NCBI GenBank assembly: GCA_034780895.1
Contig: JAUZTB010000107.1
Location: 76,998,528 to 77,062,527, forward strand
Direction of reading: 5' to 3'
Source of the DNA: Rhynchobatus australiae
Lineage: Eukaryota
Length of the DNA: 64,000 bases
The notes beneath the pieces were generated by a model. It searched no databases. It was not told the origin of the DNA and worked only from the letters and a program-made list of their open reading frames with translations. This document shows, in pieces, positions 53,851-64,000 of this stretch; position 1 is the first letter of the stretch; each line of letters opens with the position of its first letter. Both the position numbers and the translations under genes were made by a program.

Positions 53851-56350
53851 CCCTTTGAGTTCTAATTTAGGTTTAATAATTTCAAGGCTCCAAAATACTG
53901 TGTCTAAAATCTCTGATGTGACAGCAGAAAACATCTTCTGTAAGATTCTTGTACCATTCATTGAGCGTAGAAAGCAAGTATGGGTGTTTTGCATTTTGAT
54001 TGATTTCAACATCGTCTATGGAGATCCAACAGCGGTTCTGGAATGGAGATAGATCGAAATTGCACCCCAAAAAAGTTGTATATAGTGTACACTTGAAGCA
54101 TATACTGGTCCAATATTATAGAGTTAACTAACGTATTGTACATCATTTGTGTGTGTGGATTTGTATGCAGGGGCTGCTTGGGTTTATTAATTCTCAGTCT
54201 TCCGAACTGTGAAGTTGTGGTCGTCGCTTTGTGCCTGGATTGTTCAGAGTGTAATGCCTTGTTGATTATTACTAGCTGAATTTTAGTATTCTGCTGTGAA
54301 AGAGCTAAAAACGTGAATCGGATCTGGTAGAAAAGATTTTCGAACTATGTGAAAGGTCATGTGTATCCACCTGTGTTGAGTCGAGTTACTTTGATTTTTT
54401 TTAAAGAAAATTGGCTTTGCTTTTTTTAAAGTTAGTGAAATGTATTGAAATTTTTGCAAAAATGTTCACTTTTAATTACTTGGTAGTTTTCTGTCATGAA
54501 TTTGAAAACCCTTATATCTTTAAATTTTCTAATAATGTAATCATTGCAAGGAAAAGAATAAAATCTTATTTTCTCTTTGCATCGCCTACAAGACAGTATT
54601 TGGTGGAGTGTGGCAAAAGATGTAGGAGAAAATGAATCATTTTGGCAATTATTTGATGTTTTTGTCGCAAGTGAATTTTCGCCCGGCTGAGTGCAATCTA
54701 TGCCCTTCTGTGCTGAATTCGTAATTGAAGTGTAGGTTAAATATCATAATTTTAGTTCTAAAAATCAAATCCTACTTTTGTGTGCTCTGGTTACCCGCTA
54801 AGGAGCGGGGAAACTAAACAGGATGCGTGTGCCGCTACCGAATTGAAAAGTAGTTGGCTTAATTTTGGTTGTATTTTTCCACCCGAGGGGTCATGGACTT
54901 TAGAAAGAAAGGGAAATATCAATATGAATATGGTACTAACCATCCCGTGAGGAAAAATTAGTCATGACAAAATGTATGCAGAAATAATTAGCAATAACAA
55001 CCTAATGTAAGAACATAATATCTCAACTGNNNNNNNNNNNNNNNNNNNNNNNNNNNNNNNNNNNNNNNNNNNNNNNNNNNNNNNNNNNNNNNNNNNNNNN
55101 NNNNNNNNNNNNNNNNNNNNNNNNNNNNNATGTAAGAACATAATATATCAACTGGCACTCAAAGGAGTTGTTATTTTAAGATTTTTAATGAAATTATTAT
55201 CTTTTTAATATCTGAAATTCATCATTCAGGGGGGTATCTTTTCCTAAATATCGGACTGAGATTGTTTATTTTTCTCTTTTAACAATTCCCATTTGGCATC
55301 AATTCCTTGTGTTGCTTTTGTGTGTCCCTTTGCAAGATGAACAATGTTGTTTTTCCTTCCTTTGTTTTCTCTATTCACTGAGCTTTGAATTGACACTGCT
55401 CCCTTGGCAATAAGGTTGTATGCTTAACGATATAAAGACAACTGATATTCTGCAGTATTAAATACACCAGAATAAAATAATTATTCATATCCCATCAAAA
55501 GAAGTGTTGATATTGACCAAAGCAGCAACTTGGATTGATATGCCACCTTTTATACAGTAGAAAAAGCATAAAAAGATACTACAGAAAAATATATTCAGTC
55601 ACAAATTTTCATTGAGATAAAAAGTGATCTTCAGCATGCAGATGGAGAAATAAAAGGGAGTTTCAGACAGTGGAACCTAGACAGATGAAGTCATGGTTAC
55701 CAGTGCTGGGGAATAGGGAGGTGGTTGTGCAAGAGACCCGAATCAGAGGCTGCGAGTGTTGTTGGATATTGCATTCTTTAATATTAGATTATTGACACAG
55801 AAACTATTCGACTTGCAGATTCTGCAACTGTGTGTCAATGGAGCTAGTGTAAGAAGACATAATGTCATTGGACAGAATTTATCCATAGAGATTTTCAAAA
55901 TGGTGTCTGCTTGTAGTTGGAGGAAACATTGCTAACTGTATTAAAGTTTTAAGTTGCACCATGAGTTTCATGTAATAGGAGATGGAAAATTCACATAGTC
56001 AAGCCCTTGCACTTTCTCCATTCTGTAAGCTCAAACTAGCTTATTTTTATTAAATGCGTTGGGATATTTCTGAGCACAAGGCACTATGTAAATGCCAAGC
56101 TTTTTTACACTTTCTTCTTTTGGGGTATTGGAGAAGTTTTGCAGAAGTCACTAGTTTGTAGTTTAAATCAATTTATTGATTTAATTTTGAATCATAGGCT
56201 TCAGGAGAGTTCTTATTGTCCTTAATATCAGTTGCTTTGATATATTAGTTTTATTGTTTAGATGTTATACTTTAATTTTTTATGGTGTTTTCTGCCTTGT
56301 GCAATTGATTTACTATTCCATTTCCTGTAGGCTTGGAAATTAAATGAAAA

Positions 56351-56603
56351 ATGGCAACATTGCTGGGATTCCTAATCCTCCTGATTGTGAAGTATGTAGC
56401 AGTAGATGGAGGCATCCAGGATGATATCACTGCTGACTTTTCTGTGAAAATTTACCATCACTTGAGGTCAATACAGAAAGATGAAAATATTTTTTACTCC
56501 CCCTTCAGTATCGTCATTGCTTTAGGAATGATTGAGCTTGGAGCTGCTGGTACAACCCTTGAGCAAATCCAACATGTTATGGGCTCCAGTTCCATGCAAA
56601 GAG
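56351..56603 (+). CDS. SERPINI1: SERPINI1 first coding exon
   Basis: Acceptor ttcctgtag|56331; ATG in strong context aaaATGG; hydrophobic leader MATLLGFLILLIVKYVAV; donor AGAG|gtaaat. Confidence 0.92.
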
Positions 56604-59600
56604 GTAAATCTTGCCATACATAATTGTTTTTGTTCAGGAGGATTGTAATATGTACTTAGATAATTAAGGTGAATCATACTTCCATCTCGCAAATTGGTTA
56701 AATTAAAAGTTATATTCTCAAAGGTCAAATGATCCATATTAATGACCTGAACTTGAAGCAAGCCACAATTTCTAAACCTGCATATGACAGAATACTTAGC
56801 AATTTTGTGAACCATGAAGAGGAAAGTGTTAGATTACAGCAGGATATAAACAAGCTGGCAAAATGGAATTTAGTACATGGTAGATGAAATTTAATGTGGG
56901 GTAATGTGTTTTGTTAGGAAGAAGAGGAGAGGCAAAAAATAATACCCTTCTAAAACAAGTATGGGAACAATGGGACCTGGAAGTATGTTTGCATAAGTTA
57001 TTGAAAGTGGCAGTGCAGGGTTTTAAAAAAAAGGTGGTTAGTAAAGCAAATGTATTCTGGGCTTTATCAATAGAACCATAGAACATAAAAGCAGGAAAGT
57101 CATTCTGAACTGGTCTGGCTTCAGCTGGAATATTGTGTTCAGTACTGATCATCACATTGCAGGAAAGAAATGAAGGTTTTAGAAAGTGTCCAGAAAAGGT
57201 TAATGAGAATGTTTGTAGGATGCAATTTTACAGTTACAGGGATGGATTAGAGAGCCTAGAACAGTTTTCTTTAGAGAAAGCTGAGGGGCAATAAAATGAT
57301 GAGGGGTCTGGTCAGAGTGGATAGTGAGAGGCTGTTTCCTTTGGAGGGGCAGAGAACTAGAGGTCACAAGTTTAAATTAAAAGCAGCATAAAGGAAACCT
57401 TTTTTATGCAGCATGTGACTGCAAGCTGGAAGGCACTGCCTGAAAATATAATGGAGGCAGGATCCATTATGGTCTTGAAGAGGAAATCAGATAAATACAT
57501 GATAGAGAACAATTTGAAAGGCTGCATAGAAAATGCTGCTGGTTGAAACTAGAGAGTCACTCCTTTTGAGAGCTGGCAGAGACAGGATGGGCTGAATGAC
57601 TTCCTTCTGTGCTGCAACAATTCCATGATTCTAGCCATCTGTCAGGCAGCATTACTTAATCCTGAAATGAGAGTCTTGAAGTTGCTGTTTCGAGAATTTT
57701 GTTTCCAGGGATATGGCTCCTATGTCATGATCAAAACTTGAATGATTGGTGTTCTTGAATAGTTTTCATCAACCAATCAAGATCTGCACCTTGTAAAATT
57801 TTAAAACAACTCTCAGTTACAGCTAGTGGAATTATTGTAGGTGCCTGCCACATTTCGACAGGGGTTGTTTTTAAAGTATTTGTTGGAATTATATTCAGTG
57901 CATCCAAAAACTAGGATGGGAATTGTGCACTTAGTCTGCACCCATTGATTACATTGTAGGCAACAAATCAATTGTGTGTTACTTGCTCATTATAATTTTT
58001 CTCATTTAATAAACATCCGGTGTTGATTGAATAATAAAAATTTTACAATAACTCCCAAGTGGGCACATCTCTGCATGTGGCTAAAGCATCAAGTGGAAAC
58101 TGAGGTAATAAAATCAATTTTGAATTTGCTATAGAGCAGAAATGACATTTGGTACCAGGAAAATAACCTGTGTGGCGTCAACACCTAGTGCACTATGGGG
58201 AAACATACAATGTTGGGAAAGCCACTTCTCTCCATGCGTTGGTACCTACTACAGCAGCTTGCCTTGCTCTGTGTCCCTCTGCTCATTTTCCTAGTCTAGC
58301 TGCATTCCAATGGGTGCTTACAATTGAACCAATGTCTAGGAGCTACAGGTTTGTGGTGATTCCTTGAATTCAGCAAAAAGTTCTTCAGCATTTGTCACGT
58401 CACTCCTTGAAAGTGACTTGAAAGAAATACAGAACACATTGGATACTTGTATGAACAGCAGAACAAATCGGTCAGCAACTATCCTATAATTAGTTGGTGA
58501 TTATTTTATCCAGTCCCAGCTCACTCATACAGGTTAAAAGGTGAGCATGGATGGAGTGCTGAGATCCAATCGGGATGCAAGATGTGTATGCATGCTGATT
58601 GGTGCTATGATCTATTTACTTTTGCATATTTCTGCATGCAAAAGCAAAGTTGCTCCATGCCCTCAGTATCTGAACATATAGCATCTAGTGCAATTTATCC
58701 CTTACTTGAGCATACAAACCACCATCATAATTTTTGGAGCTCATTTATAGAGCTCAAAAAACTGCTACCACTGAGCCCAATTTGTTGTCATTTTCTGTTG
58801 TGCTGAGGAGTTGTATAGAACCAGGGGAAAGCCACAGCAGCCAGGTGTCTGGCACTGAGTCTAGCTCTGTGGCACAGAAAGGAAGGGGGGAGAAGAGGAC
58901 TGTGGTAGTGATAGGGGATTCTTTGGTTAGAGGAATAGATAGTGACCACAACTCCCTGACCTTTAGCATAGCCATGGACAGGGATAGAAGCAGACAATAT
59001 GGGAAAGTTTTTAATTGGGGGAGGGCTAATTACAATGGTATTACACAGGAACTCGGGAGCATAAATTGGGAACAGATGTTCTCAGGGAAATGCACAGAAG
59101 AAATGTGGAGGCTGTTTAGGGAACACATGCATGGGGTTCTAGATAGGTTTGTCCCAGTGAGACAGGGAAAGGATGGTAGGGTAAAGGAACTGTGGTTGAC
59201 TAGAGATGAAATATTTAGTCAAGAGGAAGAAGGAAGCATTCTTGAGTTTAGAAAGCAAATTCAGTCAGGGCTTTTGAAAATTATAAGGTAGCCAGGAAGG
59301 AGCTTAAGAAGGAACTTAGGAGAGCTAGAAGGGGACATGAGAAAGCCTTAGTGAGTAGAATTAAGGAAAACCCCAAGGTGCTGTATACGTACCTGAGGAA
59401 CAGGAGGATGACTAGAGTGAGGGTGGGCCTGCTCAGAGATAAAGGGGGAAAAATATGCCTGGAGGTAAGGGAGGTCCTTAATGAATACATTGCTTCATTG
59501 TCCACTAGGGAGAGAGACTTTGACGAATGTGAGGTCAGCATAGATCAGGCTAATGTGCTGAAGCACGTTGAGGTTAAGAAAGAGGTAGTGTTGGAGCTTC

Positions 59601-61772
59601 TGAAAAACATTAGGATAGATAAGCTGCCAGGGCTGGACGGGATATGCCCCAGGTTACTACAGGAGGTGAGGGAAGAGATTGCTGGGGCATTGACGATGAT
59701 ATTTGCATCCTCCCTGGCCACAGGAGTGGTCCCAGAGGTTTGGAGGATGGCTATTATTATTCCCTTGTTTGAGAAAGGTAACAGGGATGATCCTGGGAAT
59801 TCTAGACCAGTGGGTCTTGCATCAGTGGTGGGCAAGATATTGGAGAGGATTCTTGGGGACAGGATTTACAAGCATTTGGAGAAGCATAGTCTCATTAGGG
59901 ATGGTCAGCATGGCTTTGTGAGGGGCAGGTTGTGCCTCACGAGCCTAATGGAGTTTTTCAAGGAAGTGACACAATAAATAATTGAAGGTAGAGTGGTGGA
60001 TGTGGTGTGTATGGACTTTAGTAAAGCGATTGACAAAGGTTCCCCGTGGTAGGCTCATCCAGAAAGTCATGAGGCATGGGATGCATGGAGACTTGGCTGC
60101 AGAATTGACTTGCCACAGAAGGCAGAGGGTGGTAGTAGATGGAGAATATTCTGCCAGGAGGTCGGTGACAATTGGTGTTCCACAGGGATCTGTTCTGGGA
60201 CCCCTGCTCTTTGTGATTTGGATGAGGAAGTGGAGGGATGGGTTAGTAAGATTGCAGATCACACGAAGATTGAAGTGGTTGTGGATAGTGTAGAAGGTTG
60301 TCAAGGGTTACAACAGGACATTGATAGGTTGCAAAGCTGGGTTGAGAAGTGGCAGATGCAGTTCAATCCAGAAAAGTGTGAAGTGATACACTTTTTGAAA
60401 GAACAACCATGAAGGTGGAGTTCAAGGTTAATGGCAGGATTCTGAGCAGTGTGCAGGAACAGAGGGAATCTTGGGGTCCAAGTCCATAGATCTCTCAAAG
60501 TTGCCATGCAAGTTGCTAGGGTGGTTAAGAAGGCGTATGGTGTGCTGGCCTTCATTAGTTGGGGGATTGAGTTCAAGAGCCGCGAAGTAATGTTGCAGCT
60601 CTATAAAACTCTGGTTAGACCACACTTGGAGTACTGTGTTCAGTTCTGGTCGCCTCATTATAGGAAGGATGTTGAAAGTTTAGAGGGTGCAGAGGAGATT
60701 TATCAGGATGCTGCCTGGATTAGAGAACAAGTCTTATGAGGAAAGGTTGACCGAGGTAGGGCTTTTCTGTTTGGAGCGATGCAGGATGAGAGGCAAGTTA
60801 ACAGAAGTGTATAAGATTATGAGGGGCATAGATAGAGTGGACAACCAGTACCTTTTTTCCCAGGGCATTAATAGCAAATATCAGAGGAGATCCATTTGCT
60901 GGAGGAGGAATGTTCAGGGGAGAAATCAGAAGTAGATTGTTTACACAGAGAGTGGTGGGTGCCTGGAATGCACTGCTGGGGGTGGTGGCAGAGGCTGATA
61001 CAATTGGGACATTTAAAAGGCTCTTAGATGGGCACAATGAAGTAAGAAAAATGGAAGATTATGGGCTGTTCAGGAGGGAAGGGTTAGATTGATCAAGGAA
61101 GAGGTGTTCATATAATTCAGCACGACATCGTAGGCTGAAGGACCCGTACTGTACTGTTCTATGTTGCCATGCATGGATGACATAGGAATTTAAATGTGGT
61201 GTTTAATCTATTATTCTTGGAATGATGGTAGCCTCTATGTAGTCAAAATTGCTTGTTCTGCTGTACAGCTCTTTAAGATAAAAAAATTATTGCATTTTTC
61301 TTTTGTACTACATTTCTATTAGTTTCTTTGTTTCCTCTGCTTTAAAACTTGAAATGTTTCTGAAAATGATTTTCAAGCTTACCCGAGAGACTTCTTCCCC
61401 TCTTGCCCCTTGTTATAAATTCTTACTTGTCTGAAGTTTTCTTTAAAGAATAAGAAAACTTACAAATGAGAAGAGGTCCAATTGTGATGTCTATTCTCAT
61501 GGAGTATATTTTATAAAAATGCTCATTTCTGTTCCATGCAGATGAGGAATTTGACTTCTTCCGGGACCTTTCTCAATCCATGAAAGCAGATCATCAGCAA
61601 TATGTAATGGAAGTTGCCAACTCGTTGTTTGTGCGGGAAGGATTTCAACTGAGTGACAATTACCTACAAATGCTGAAAAGATATTTTGGTGCCAGTGTTG
61701 AAAATGTTGACTTCAACCATCCTTCTTCAGTGGCTGATCTTATCAATGAATGGGTACAAAATCAAACTGATA
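56351..61772 (+). CDS. SERPINI1: Neuroserpin, 5' part (two coding exons; gene continues beyond the window)
   Basis: join(56351-56603, 61542-61772): signal peptide, then the serpin motifs ENIFYSPFSI..ALGMIELGA.G.T and YVMEVANSLFV...VDF...INEWV. It is head-to-head with PDCD10 as SERPINI1 is in mammals; SERPINI2 lies beyond WDR49 on the other side. Confidence 0.92.
56800..57635 (+). mobile_element. Degraded CR1 3' fragment
   Basis: RLQQDINKLAKW remnant; tail GGGCTGAATGACTTCCTTCTGTGCTG. Confidence 0.75.
58825..61165 (+). mobile_element. Relatively young CR1 LINE, internally deleted and frameshifted
   Basis: ORF1 esterase-like VVIGDSLVRGID; ORF2 SDHNSL, IIPLFEKG.RDDPGNSRPVGLASVVGKILE, QHGFVRGRLCLTSLMEFF, GVPQGSVLGPLLF and LYKTLVRPHLEYCVQFWSP; TGTTCTATGTT tail. 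Confidence 0.93.
61542..61772 (+). CDS. SERPINI1: SERPINI1 second coding exon
   Basis: catgcag|..EEFDFFRDLSQSMKADHQQYVMEVANSLFVREGF...INEWVQNQTD A|gtaagt, 231 nt, phase 1-1. Confidence 0.93.
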
Positions 61773-62149
61773 GTAAGTATTGCCGATTACGAAGTACTGG
61801 TGAGTCATATCACAAAGGTGTCAGGACACACTTAAAACGTGAGTTGATTCTTTAAACTGTGCTACTTTAGAAATGAAATTAATGGCTTGTAAATTGAAAC
61901 TCTTGCAATAATGATTGGTGAATCATGAAAACATATTCGCAGTATTGTGAACATGATTAGATTGTGTTAATTCTCCTGACTGTTGTGGAACTTGTGTGGA
62001 TCCAAACAAGTGGAAAGTATTCCTTCACATTTATAGCTGGTGCTTCATGAGGGGTGAGGGTGGTGGGAAGAGGATGTCACTACAGACCCTCATCTATTCT
62101 TTCAACCAAGCACTTGTGCAACTGGCTCAATTAAGTTCCTGTCAGTGGT

Positions 62150-63925
62150 AAGAACATTGAACATTNNNNNNNNNNNNNNNNNNNNNNNNNNNNNNNNNNN
62201 NNNNNNNNNNNNNNNNNNAGCTAATGACACCTCGTTACTCTAATCCCTTCTGCCTGCACGTGGTTCATATCCCTCCATTCTCTGTAATATTCATGTGCCT
62301 GTCTCTGAACCTGTTAAATACCTCTGATGTATCTGCCTCCACTACCACCTCTGGAAGTCCATTCCAGGGACCCACCACTCTTTTTAAAATAATTTGCCTG
62401 GCATATCTCCTTTGAACTTTCCCCCCCTCACCTTAAATGCATGCCCTCTAGTATTAGATGTTTCACCCATAGAGAAAATATCCCAGCTGTCAACTTTATC
62501 TATGCCTCTCATAATTTTATAAACTTCTGTCAGATCTCCCCTTAGCCACTACCGCTCCAGAGAAAAGAACCCAAGTTTATCCAACCTCTCCTTGTAACAC
62601 CTGCCCTCTAATCCAGGCAGCAACCTGGTAAAACCTCTTCTGCACCCTCTATAGCCTCTACATCTTTCCTGTGTTCAGGTGACCAGAATTGAATGCAATA
62701 CTCTAAATATGGCCTAACCAGAGTTTTATAAAGCTGCAATGTAACTTCCTGAGTCTTGCACTCAATGCCTCAACTAATAAAGGCAAGCATGTCATATGTT
62801 GCCTTCACCACCCTATCAACTTGTGTGGCCACTCTCAGGGAGCTATGAACTTGGACCCCAAGATCCCTCTGTACATCAGTATTTTTAAGGGTCTTGCCAT
62901 TAACAGTGTAAGTGTCCCTTTACATTTAATCTCCCAAAGAGCAACACCTCACATTTGGACAGATTAAACTCCATCTGCCATTTCTCTGCCCAGATCTGAA
63001 ACTGATCTGGATCCTTTGGCAATCTTCTACACTATCCACAACATCACCAATCTTTGTGTCGCCTGGAAACTTATTAACCCACCCATTCAATATCACAAAC
63101 AGCAGAGGTCAAAACTGTGGAACACCACTATTTACAGACCTCCAGCCAGATTGAGACCCATTGACCATCGCTCTCTGTCTTCTATGGATGAGCCAATTCA
63201 CCATAGATCCCATGCATCTTAATCTTCTGGACTGAGCCTACCATGAGGGACATTGTCAAATGCTTTACTCAATTCCAATCAGACAACATCCACTGCTCTA
63301 CCTTCATTGATTATCTTCATCAGCTCCTCCCAAAAGAAAACTCAATCGAGTTAGTAAGATGTGACCCGCTTCACACACAGCCATGCTGACTGTGCCTAAA
63401 TGGGTCATTCTTTTCCAAATGCTCATACTATTGTTAGGAATCCTTCCAATAGCTTCCCTGCCACTGATGAGAGACTCGGCAGTCTATAATTTCCAGGATT
63501 ACCCCTATTTCCCTTCTTGAACAAAGGAACAACATTAGCTACCCATCGGTCCTCCGGGACCTCACCGTGACTAGAGAGGATACAAAGACCTTGGACGAGG
63601 CCCCAGCAATCTCATCTCTTGCTTCTTTCAATCACCTGGGATATATCCCATCAGGCCCTGGGGACTTGATGTTCTTCAAGAGACCCAAATATCTCAAAAT
63701 GCCCTAGCATATCGTCATGGTCCACACTGATCTCACTATCCTCCATGTCCTTTTCAGGATGAACACCAACACAAAGTACTCATTTAGGACCTCATTCACA
63801 GCCTTCACCTCCAAGCACATGTTCCCTCCTTTATGCTTGAGTGGTCCTACCCTCTCTCTAGTTATCCTCTTGTCTTGATGTCTGTATAGAATGCCTTTGG
63901 ATTCTCTTTAATCCTCCTTGGCAAG
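62150..63925 (-). mobile_element. CR1 LINE fragment in reverse orientation
   Basis: The reverse complement is colinear with about 59350-61150 (e.g. GGGATCTTGGGGTCCAAG and TATAAAACTCTGGTTAG shared). Confidence 0.9.
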
Positions 63926-64000
63926 TAGGATTAAAGAGAGTCCTATTAGTGATTACATTTTTCTTATTTTTATCCATCTGGACTCAGTGGATAAGCCCTT

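Noticed and set aside
59351-60935. Functional reverse transcriptase gene
   Set aside because: It is split over several frames by frameshifts and stops, the catalytic region is damaged (KIADHTK), and the endonuclease is deleted.
56351-61772. SERPINI2 (pancpin) as an alternative identity
   Set aside because: The head-to-head position with PDCD10 and motifs such as DENI..SP.SI, MIELGA and QYVM..ANSLFV fit SERPINI1 better; a phylogeny would confirm.

Overview
This is vertebrate nuclear DNA, not prokaryotic: AT-rich, intron-rich, with N gaps. The repeat content (HE1/V-SINE-like SINEs, abundant CR1 LINEs, Penelope remnants) suggests a cartilaginous fish; that assignment is inference. The window holds the conserved WDR49 - PDCD10 - SERPINI1 block. 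(i) WDR49 (CFAP337), minus strand: 17 phase-consistent GT-AG coding exons from ATG 29451 down to 689 (about 991 codons; the last exon probably lies left of the window), including the EF-hand-like N-terminal region, with a promoter near 32.2 kb carrying an RFX X-box. (ii) PDCD10/CCM3, minus strand: complete, 7 coding exons, 47923 to 34911, 210 aa. (iii) SERPINI1 (neuroserpin), plus strand: first two coding exons, head-to-head with PDCD10 across a CpG-island promoter at about 52.9-53.9 kb with a ZNF143-type motif. Most ORFs in the supplied track are spurious or are transposon debris. The most interesting unannotated signals are a dispersed family of Penelope-derived, often hairpin-forming elements carrying minimal type I hammerhead ribozyme cores, and an inverted CR1 pair flanking a symmetric 231-nt SERPINI1 exon. 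No CRISPR arrays, rRNA or true tRNA genes were seen. Protein comparisons are from my recall of the human sequences, not from a database search.
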